From positions 2,303,710-2,367,709 of the forward strand of contig NW_003314264.1 of assembly GCF_000143415.4 (NCBI RefSeq): a DNA stretch of 64,000 nucleotides. Direction: 5' to 3'. The notes under the pieces are model-generated. The model was given only the letters and a program-made list of their open reading frames with translations, did not search any database and was not told the DNA's origin. The stretch is from Selaginella moellendorffii (lineage: Eukaryota > Plantae > Lycopodiophyta). The translations under genes were made by a program, and so were the position numbers. Positions 53,894 to 64,000 of this stretch are shown in pieces. Position 1 is the first letter of the stretch; each line of letters starts with the position of its first letter.

Positions 53894-54484
53894 TGTAAGC
53901 AACCAAAGGGAACGACTCGAGAGACGATCCATAGGGTTCAAATATAGAGGGAAAGGGCCCATAAACAAGAGTGCACCCCCTTTTCCAATCGGTTAAGGGT
54001 CTTGGGATACTTGTGGTTAAGCGTCCTTGGGTTTGAATAGTACTGGGCTGGGTGACCTCCCGGGAAGTCCAAACTCAGAGCTTACATTGGTATCAGAGGA
54101 GTCTCGAGTCCGACTCTGTTGGTTGGCTAGGGGAATCATACCACATGTTGATTGACATCTGGCTGGTCCAGTTTGTTCCCGCTGGGCTCGACCCGAGGGG
54201 TAGGGTGTCAAGAGAGCGGGGCTCTCGGGAGAGCTGCGGCTCTCACCTTTCGTTCACGAGGGCGTAAACTTGCAGGGAAGCGTGGTGGATTGTAAGCAAC
54301 CAAAGGGAATGACTCGAGAGACGATCCATGGGGTTCAAATATAGAGGGAAAGGGCCCATGAATAAGAGTGCACCCCCTTTTCCAATCGGTTAAGGGTCTT
54401 GGGATATTTGGGGTTAAGCATCTTTGGGTTTGAATAGTACTGGGCTGGGTGACCTCCCGGGAAGTCCAAACTCAGGAGCTTACA
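53894..54484 (+). mobile_element. Cassandra-type TRIM (591 bp), intact
   Basis: LTRs 53894-54086 and 54291-54484 with TGTAAGC..GCTTACA ends; PBS TGGTATCAGAG; ~204 bp non-coding interior; PPT-like GGGAAGCGTGGTGGAT; TSD CGAAT/CGAAC; 5S-like block in each LTR. Confidence 0.93.
54015..54070 (+). promoter_or_regulatory. 5S rRNA-derived Pol III internal control region (A-box, intermediate element, C-box) in the TRIM LTR; second copy at 54412-54467
   Basis: GGTTAAGCGTCCTTGGGTTTGAATAGTACTGGGCTGGGTGACCTCCCGGGAAGTCC aligns with about nt 50-105 of plant 5S rRNA (AGTTAAGCGTGCTTGGGCGAGAGTAGTACTAGGATGGGTGACCTCCCGGGAAGTCC). Confidence 0.88.
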
Positions 54485-57400
54485 CGAACAAAATTCAATA
54501 ACAAGTATATCATTAAGGAAACTCAATGATAAAATTTAATTACCAAAAATTGTAAATAATATGTCAAACAACTTACCAAAGATAACTCAAAGAACACAAA
54601 GTATTATTAAATGGCAAGCAAAATGCTCGCGAATGTATCACTCAAAGGAAATAACATTCTAATCTATCAAAACTAACTCGAGCAATAATTAACAGAACAA
54701 AATGAATGTGATAACACCAACAAACACTCATTTATACCAACTATCGCACTAATCAATGTGAATAGATCTTAGTCAATAATACCAAAGAACTAGAGTTGCT
54801 CAAGCAAGCATTGGCAACATCCTATTAATGTCTCAAACCCAAGAGACCAATCCAAAGTTAACCATAAAGAACATGTAGTAATGCAAAAAACCAAAAGCCA
54901 TTAAAGAGAACAATTAACTATCACATAAAACTATCAATCATCCCATCAATAAAGAAATGTATAATCATTGTCAAAGAAGGAATCCACCATCCCAAAGAAT
55001 AGCAAATCATTCTATATCAACAATAATCAAGCAAAACTTTTTGACAAGGATAATCAACTATCCTATACGATAGTCAATTATCACCAATAAGTGCCAAATG
55101 CAAATACTAACTTCAACATCGAAACTAATGAGCCAAAATGCCTTTCTCAAAAACTTTTACAAAATGGAACAATGAGCATAAAACTCAAAGAACCAAAAGC
55201 TCGAAGAAGCCTATAGCCAAATCTTGCCAAATAATGATCACGAATCTTGCATGAACTAATTTCAATGCTAAAGAAGAAATCATGGTACAATCCATAATAT
55301 CCTCCTTAACATATCCATAAGCTAAACTTCATAATGCAAAGTTAATGAAGAGCATGTTTGCATCAATCCAAAAGCTAAACATAATAAAGCTATACTCAAC
55401 AAGTGATCACTAAACAATCCTCCATGAATCCATCTATAAAAGACATAACACACTTCATAACAAACACAAGAAGAATCATTAATGATGGATATATCCCAAT
55501 TCAAATCTAACAAGGACTCAAATATTTCAATATCAATCACTAACTCTCCCTCTCGTAAGGCTAGTATAATCCATCATTGAATCACTTTTCAAGGAAAAGC
55601 TCAAAATTGAACTTTTATTAAACAATCTCGTCTAGAACACAACTAACTCAAACTTGCCACTCAGTTCGTTTGAACATCAATACAGTTGCTAACTAACAAT
55701 TGTACAAATGCTAACAACATAAAGTTACAACCAAATCATCAACACTATCTTTATCAAGACTAATAAAACTCAATATCAATCCTAAGGAGAGATAACACCA
55801 TTCGGTAAAGCAAGCCCATCACTATTAAATCTTCATCGAGTGAAGCAAGTGTCAAAAGTCTTTAACAAAGTTTACAAGCAATTACTAGTCGTTGTAGCAC
55901 ACCTTATCTCTCTCCCCTTAACCCAACTAGAAAAGGGGCAATTGCTTGATGAGAGAGCCCTTAGTGGCTATTTTATCCCCATTTATCCCTCAAGGTTCCA
56001 AGGATCCACGGTGACAGTATATCCAAATCTCATTCCATGATCACATGCACTACAGTTGCAAAGCAACTAACAATCACTCTTCAACTTGCCTTCACAAGAG
56101 CTAAACACTAAACTCATGCCATCGAGTTATATACTTGTCCAACATGAACGTAATACCCCAGGTACAAGATAAAGGTTCATAGACAAACACGAACTAAATG
56201 ACCATTCGAATCCAACTCAACCATGATAAGCTCACTGACACGTTTAACCAATAGCTCTGAGTATGCCTTGAAGAAGTTAGCTTCGTATGACCAACAATCA
56301 AAACTAAAGTGAAAACTATGAGATGAACTCATATTGGTACACAACCTCCTCATAGACAAAGCTATAGTATGGGTACCAACATTTCAACCTTAAACAACTA
56401 AGTTAGACATCACTATCTTCAGCCAAGGCACAAAGCTACCAAGACCAAGTCAAGATCAATGAGAGTTCACTACTCTCATAGAGTCTTAACAAAATGCAAG
56501 GTGCAACCTGCCACCAAGCACAATGCTAGAAGAAAAGCACAAGGGTTACCTTTCTAAAAAAGTGCAATGGCCACTTTTCTACACCAACTCTAGACTCTAT
56601 CCAACTCAATTGTTTTAGCCTTAAAAGTGAACATCCCTTTTAGGCTGCATTATACAAACTACGTACTAAGGTTTAGGCTAACCAAAGTCAACTCTAACCC
56701 CTTCATTAGTTTGTATCGGCTTACAAAAATGGAATGGTTTTCGAGCAAAGTGATCAACAGATCAACCATTGGAAAAGTTTAAGAAAATTTATGGAAAATT
56801 TTCTATCTTAGAGAAATAATGACTCTTAGTCTAGGAATGCAAACTTTCAAGACTCAACCAACTTCCTCCTACCTACAATTTCATATACGTTCACTTTAAC
56901 ACAAATTCTCAAGACCCATAGTAAGCTTAAGCCTTGAATATTTTTGCCTATATATCTGATATCAAACATTGATATCCGCAAAATGTAAAGTGAACATTCA
57001 AGGCTTGATCACGAAGACTACATCTTTAGATATCTACATTGCATTAACATTCTTCTTCAATCACTTTCAAGATCCAATGTAAAGCTAAAACACTAACAAG
57101 AAAAATGACATGGAAAAACAAGTTCTAAGGAAACTTCCTCATCACTCGAACAACAATGCTACTTCCACTAACACAAGTGCTAGCAATGTCAATGCCTTAA
57201 CTACACACCTTCTCCATCCAACAATCTACTTTAAGTGCTAATGAATAAACTAACAAGCAATAGCAAGTTAATGCTATAACCTTTTTACAACACTTAATGG
57301 GCAAACCCTTAAGGAAAAATTAACCAACTTAAGCTTAGCATAATGTACTCTCATCGAGAATCTAGTCAAAGCTACTACAATGCTACTTTGTGTAAGTAAA

Positions 57401-60400
57401 CTAGCTTCATCATCAACCACTTTGGGGTTGATCATCGTTTAACCAAGCAACTTCATAAACACATTGCTCACTATCACATGGATATGATATAAGTATTACA
57501 ATGAATTAATCATCAATTGAGCAACACTACAAGCAATGCCCATGTTATTAATACAAAGATTTACGTGAGTATCAAATGTCAACTCGATTCAATAAAATGC
57601 AACATAAATGCCACACCCCACCGATAGAGACTTACAACACCCAACCCCACTAATTTTTATTCACAACATGGACAAACTCATGCCACTCTCTTTATGACCA
57701 AACTCAAAACTAATCCAACACCAAGCTACCCAAGGAGGAACAACAAAGTTCCCCGGAAAAGAATTGAGTATTGTAACCCAAGTCTTGAATGGCAAGCTTA
57801 GAAAAAATGGTTTAGCGCTTCACTGCTATCCATTCCATGACTCACCATTTACAAGACCATCACTTCCAACATGCATCAAGGTAGGAACTCTTGCTTGCAT
57901 AATGTGAACACGAGCAATGAGTTAACACCTCGTTGCGAATAATCTCTCCAAGAGAAAATGATTTACGTGTTTGATCCTTCGTCCTTGACAACTCTTTTTT
58001 TGGTCTCATCTTTGACTAAACCTCAAGCTTGCGTTTGCACTGCCTTTAGTCTAAGAAAAGTTTATGAGAGAGCACAGCAATGATTACTTGAACCAATAGA
58101 CTAATCCTTACAGTCTTGATTGATCCACTTGTAATTATGCCTAGGAAGGATCCAATAGTGCCATGCTAAATAGCTATGGACTAGTCTATTTGCCACTCAT
58201 AGCAAATCCAAGGAGGTTTGCTTTCACCCATGGTACAAAGAGCAACTCATGAAACTACCGATAGGCTAATATTAATCTTGCCAACTCAATGTGTAACCTT
58301 GAGTTGCTAATGTGCCTTTCTCACAAGCCCAAGCTCAAACTCATGCAACTGGAACAACTTAATCCCTCTTATGAGCCCAAGAGCAAGCTCATATTATTAT
58401 GGTACAAAAAAGTAACCAAAATCCATACCCAAGGAACGAATGCAAAGCCTTTGCACCAAAGTGTGTATCCACTCGGATCATCATTTTCATCTCTATGTAT
58501 GCAATGAGACTAGTTGCCCAATCTCATTGGATAGTACTCGCCGAGACTCATCCTTTAATACCAAATGTAGCGCATGTTGTTTTTACCCTTTATCCTATGG
58601 TGATTTACCATAGGATAACACCACGAAGCAGAACTTAAACCCTTTACGTGCCACATGTCATATGCCATATGTCTATAGGATAATGGTGTGGAACCCAAGG
58701 TTCAAGGCCTTGGGCCACTGAATGAAGGAATGGTGCCAAACTTCCAAGCATGGAGCCAAGGAGTGATGGAATCGGACCACGGAGCAACTCTTGAGCATAC
58801 AGCCCAAGGAGCGAAGGGATAAAAGTCCAGAGTGACTTGGAACAATCCTAGAGCAACCATCATCCCATTTCCAAGACCAGCACGCAAAACGGAGCCAAAT
58901 GGAGTCTGGCGCTATTTTGGCATACTAATGGCCTAACGCAAGGACATGGGTACTCCACCAGCTAGCATGGAATGGAACTTGAGTTTAGACCCAAGCCAGA
59001 CACAGAATAAAGACAGACATGCAAGCGGGAGCTAGACTATACCTCAGGTTGGTCAGCCATGCCGGACCTACTCACTATCCCTACTATACATTTGGAACCC
59101 CCCATAGCCCTTAGTATCAGGAGTTAGTCTTTGAAACAAGCTCAAAACTTACTAAATATGGAATGACACTAAATTGTGAATTTGGATGCGGGATGAACAC
59201 CATTGTGTTCAGGACAATCTCTACATTCTGTAGATGTGCCAAATGAGCAAATCTAGACACTTTCCATAAATAGCATTTGGGACCGGAATGAGACTAACAC
59301 AAAGGGCATGATAGCAAGGGTGTTTGGTAGACACGATAATCTATCATCTAGCATTATTGAGGGACTAGTCTCAATACGTGAGGGTTCTTGTTAAGCTAGT
59401 GCAAAACAAAGCAAAAGAGAACTAAAAAACCGAGCCAAGTATGCTTGGCAAAATAGACATTTAGGAATTCTGTCCTTATGCTCATCTGGCCAAGTATAAA
59501 TGCAAAGTCTAATTTACTAACACTTGAACAAAAAGGACTGATAAAGGGTTTAACAATACTGACTTTCTGCCGTCGTGGCAGTAAGGAAAGAATGTTTGTA
59601 AGGATTGGCTGATAGATAACTTTCAATACCTGAAGTCACATTCGCGATAAAGACCATCTTGGAGTATAGTCATTATCAAAAGGATTTCCTTGATGAGTTT
59701 GTTGTAGACAAGGTTTGGTCCCAACCATTCCAAATGGTGACTAGCAAACCGGTTGACTGTGGTTATTGACTGACTATGAAAGTACTAAATGGCTGATTGG
59801 TTCACAAACTTTTATTGATTAAAAGAAAACATTTTGAGTAAAACCAAATTAATAAAAGTAAGAATGTTTGAAGCATTACATGCTTCAATATCATGCCCAA
59901 AAATTTTAACAAAATGCACCTTGATTCATTTCAGCAAATTGCCATACATTTTTCCATAATAGTTACACCTCCACTCTTTTGCTGGAAGCATAAGGAGTGA
60001 GCTTGATAACATGGGACCATACCCAATCAGGTGCCATTTCTAGAATCAAATTGTTGGAATCACTGGAACCATAATTTCCATTTGATGGCATGGTCAAATT
60101 CAATATAGGCTTATTGGGCATTCACGCTCCATAGCAGCAAGAGAACCAGCAAAGCGGTGGAGATGTAGTGGCAATGGCGATCACCGCAGCAGCATTAGAA
60201 GTCTAGCCCCCCACAATCACCATTAAAATCACCGAATGGAGCTGTTTGACCACATTCGGTGGCAATCAAGATCCCAGCAACAAGGGTTGAAATGGTAGTT
60301 GGTGGTGTTGACTCTTGCAAGTCATCCTAGAAAATTATGATTGCTTTACTGGTGGAGGTCATTGACTTTTGCATCTTGAGTGTGGAGATCAAAAACTTGA

Positions 60401-60420
60401 GCCATGGCTTTGCTTCATCG

Positions 60421-62356
60421 TGTAAGTGACTAAATTTTCCATTCTACTTTAACCACTCAACCACACCTCCGACCACTTAGAGGAGTCTTACTCACAACCT
60501 CCATAAGTCCTATTTTGGACATAGGGACTTACTAGCCCCAAGAATGGCATCCATGCCACTCAACCATTGCACTTGGCCCAAGTGCTCCATGTGTCCGATC
60601 CTATGACCGACACCCCAAGGTACCATCGACATATCAGCCTGTTACGCTAAGGCCACACTCTTCACCTTGGCCACACCGGTGGTCTACCACCACTTGCATC
60701 ACAGTCTCATCTCCCAAAGACTGGGCCATCCATCCATGAATGATCATTCCAGATCCACTCCTTAGCATCCTTAGGACGCCCACAGACATGGGGATTAGCC
60801 TTCCCCATTATCCCTTTTCCAGTCCCCACCAAATCCCTTTTTATTCATGGCCGTGTTCGCCAACATTGCCACTAGATCAAGGCCCACAAGCCCGACCACT
60901 AAGTCCCACGGTCCACTGAGACGTCCTCCTCACATGACCATATCCTTGGTCTCTACACTAAAGGACAACTCCTCTTCTTTTTCACAATCTAGGACTTTGG
61001 GATAACATTTCGAAACACTGTGGCCTTACGCAAGCCTCATGGGTACTCTCCCCACCTTCCGCCTTTGGGTGCTCTAGCCATGGGCTTAGAGCGAGGTTTC
61101 GTTGAGCCACGCCTGGTATCCAAGTAGGTAGTGCCACCCACACTTGGACTGGGAGCATTGGCCAGTCGATCTCCCGAGGGAACTAGAGCTGGATCTTGAA
61201 CACTTCACCAAGCTACCCCGCTTGTCAGTCTGTGTTCACTCTAGTCTTGGACTTCCCAGTGGGCAGCTCATCACCCAACACTGGGTACAGCCTCTCTAGG
61301 CCAAACTGGCCTTTCCTGGCCAAACTGGCTCCACTGCAGTCCTCCCCCTTACTATACTTTTGGAGCTCACCAAACCCCTAAGGGTCTGGGAGACGAACGC
61401 TTTGGGCTTTCACCCTCTCAGACTCGAACTCGGACTCGGACTCAAACTCAGACTCGGACTCAGACTCGGACTCGGACTCGGTCTCGGGCTCGGGCTCAGT
61501 CTTGGCCTCGGGCTCGGTCTCGGTCTCGGTCCCGATCTTGGTCTCGGTCTCGGTCCCGGTCCCGGTCTCAGTCCCGGTCTCGGTCTCGGTCCCAATCTCT
61601 GTCTTGACCTCGGACTCCATCTCGGGTCCTTCTCAGACTCCATCTCAGATTCCATCTCGGACTCCATCTCGGGTCCATCCCAGACTCCATCTCAGACTCC
61701 ATCTCAAGTCCACCTCAAACTCCAACTCGGGTCCATCTCGGACTCCACCTCGGACTCCATCTCGGGTCCATCTCGGACTCCATCTCGGGTCCACCTTAGA
61801 CTCCAACTCGGGTCCATCTCGGACTCCATCTCGGGTCCATCTCGGACTCCATCTTGGGTCCACCTTGGACTCCAACTCGGGTCCATCTCGGACTCCATCT
61901 TGGGTCCACCTCGGACTCCACCTCGGACTCCATCTCGGACTCCATCTCGGGTCCATCTCGGACTCCACCTCGGACTCCATCTCAGGTCCATCTCGGACTT
62001 CATCTCGGGTCCACCTTGGACTCCAACTTGGGTCCATCTCAGACTCCATCTCGGGTCCACCTCAGACTCCACCTCGGGTCCATCTCAAACTCCACCTCGG
62101 ACTCCATCTTAGGTCCATCTCGGACTCTTCCACGTGTCATGTGTTGGTCCTTTTGGGTCTCTTTTTAGGGCCTTGCTTATTGCTCACTTTGTGCTTATTC
62201 CTCGAGCACTTTGTTGGGAGTTCCACTCCCGCTCTTGACCTTTCAAGTCGAAGCTTTTAGTCCAAACGTGTTATGCTCGTTTGGCTTTCGCTTCGGCCAC
62301 TACCACATGGCACCCTTCCGGCTCCACTTTGGGGCTTAGGGATTTTGTATCTCACA
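60421..62356 (-). mobile_element. Family B solo LTR (1.9 kb)
   Basis: TG..CA ends, perfect TSD CATCG, longest tandem array of the family. Confidence 0.95.
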
Positions 62357-64000
62357 CATCGATCATATTACTCATTTGCGGAGAGTTGCCACTATTGTAG
62401 TTCTCAAGGACTTTGATGCAATTCGGTGGAATCTTGTTCATGCATAGGATCAATATCATTTGCTTTCCATCAAGGGAAACCTTGAAAGCCCATATAAAAT
62501 ATCTAGTATGTATGACAAACTTGTATTTGCCGGTATACATAAAGTCTTTCTTGTATGCTAGGAGAAATTTCTTGCCGATGTTGAGATTGTATGGCTTCTC
62601 TATAATCTTTGAAAGCTCGTAAATTTCTAACTTCATATAGCCACTTGTCTAGCTCTTTAGTCCTCTTCTAAGTCAAATTGAGAAGACTCACTCTGATCAT
62701 GCTAAGGGATATGGGATTGAAGATGAAGTCTTTGGTGATGTTGTGCACTTGTGTGCTCCATTATTTCCCCATTCCTTGATTAAATGTTAAGTGATCTTAG
62801 TTCAAATCTCTAACTTGAATTTTCTTTTTCTTCTTATTGTTTTCTTGATAGAGCTTGTTTTCTTTTGATCTTATGCACAATTGTTTATGAGTGTGGTCTT
62901 GTTTTGGTCTAAAACTTTCACATTGTGCCATTTCATGAATCTTTGAGTTGAGTTCTCAAGCTTGATTTAAGAAAATCTTCTTAGAGTTGTCTTTTTTGTA
63001 TTTGAACCTTGAAATTCTTCTTTAAGTTGAATTCTTAAATTTGAATTCTAAGATTTGTCTTTCTATTAAAATTTTGATCTTGATTCTATTTTGTTTTATC
63101 TATGTCAAAGTTTTGAGTTTTGTGCTTAAAGTTCTTGGATTCTAACTAAAGATAATTGGCTCAAAAAAAAAATCAAGATGGGAAGGATCATTTCAACCAT
63201 TTAAAACTTTAGGAATGGTAGTAATTGCAACATTTCACAATGAATATCTTCATATTATCAATATCAACAAGGTTAGGAAATATTGATTAATGGATACTAA
63301 TCTTAACAATGATTTAAGAAGGAATAAGCAAAAATTATAACTTTAAAACCCAGCCACTCAAGAACTACAACCTTAAAACTCAGAAATACATTCTTGAAAC
63401 TAAAGAACTTGATCTTCAATTTTAAGTTCTTCACTTTTCTTGAGTATTTTTTAGTATCATAGTCAATTTTTTTCTAGCTTGAATGGCTATGCATCTAGAT
63501 TGTTTGTAATTGTTCTTCATCGAGTTTCTTTAACATTACTAATCTTTTCTTGATTGATTCCCCTTTATTGCTCTCGTATTGTATTACCATTCATAATGAA
63601 GGAACAATGTACTTGAGTGGTGTTAAAGTTTTTAGGTTGTAGGTGAGTTTAAATAATCTTGAATGAGATCATCCTAGTAATTTTTATTTATTTTCATGAT
63701 CTTCTTAAGTATATTCTTAAGGGTCTTACTTGTAAATTTGGCCTAGATAATATGGTATTAAAGCTTTGTACTTTATTGTGGACTCTTTGAGTTAGAATAT
63801 TGATAGTCTTATTTAAGTTTCCATTGTTGAAAAAGTTTGAGAAGAGTCATAGGATAAAGTTCTGGAGTCTACTTTTTCAGTGCATACTTGGTTCTGTAAC
63901 AGATAGTACATTCTCAATAAAATTTTGCTAAAGCATGCTAGAGTGTTGGCCACTAAAGTTCTACTTGTAAAATCTTTTGAGCTGTGATTTCTTCTACAAA

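Larger units (their letters stand above)
52047..59649 (-). mobile_element. Family C LTR retrotransposon with decayed interior (probably Ty3/gypsy)
   Basis: ~1.1 kb direct repeats 52047-53179 and 58566-59649; minus-strand PBS-like TGGTATTAAAG next to 58565; PPT AGGGGGAGAG at ~53180-53190; TSD AAAAC/AAGAC; superfamily assignment is weak. Confidence 0.85.

Noticed and set aside
54015-54070. A genuine 5S rRNA gene
   Set aside because: Only about 56 of 120 nt match, the terminal stem is absent, and it is embedded in LTRs
49465-54484. Functional link between SNAPC1 (snRNA transcription factor) and the nearby 5S-bearing TRIM
   Set aside because: 5S-type promoters use TFIIIA/TFIIIC rather than SNAPc; proximity is most simply coincidence

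Overview
Eukaryotic plant genomic DNA. The very compact genes, 50-65 bp introns and tiny intergenic spacers are typical of the lycophyte Selaginella (inference). Positions 1-21 kb are gene-dense: a frameshifted mitoferrin-like carrier, an RMA/RNF5-type RING E3, phytanoyl-CoA dioxygenase-like, C3HC/NIPA-like, a PYR/PYL/RCAR ABA receptor, VPS33, TBL3/UTP13, an alpha-expansin and a conserved small plant protein. From 21.6 to 47.2 kb is a nested transposon island. It holds two decayed Ty3/gypsy copies of one family with about 170-210 bp LTRs (family A), several copies of a family with about 1.5-1.9 kb LTRs that carry a CCGAGATGGA tandem array and have a non-coding interior (family B), and an inverted-repeat-bounded element. 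Two more genes (DUF1068, SNAPC1/SNAP43) lie at 48.5-50.8 kb, followed by a third LTR family (C) and a family-B solo LTR. The most notable signal is a 591-bp Cassandra-type TRIM whose LTRs contain the internal-promoter region of 5S rRNA. It is present in three copies of different ages, is nested reciprocally with family B, and shares its PBS, PPT motif and 3' terminus with family B. Exon and element boundaries were read by eye and may be a few bases off.
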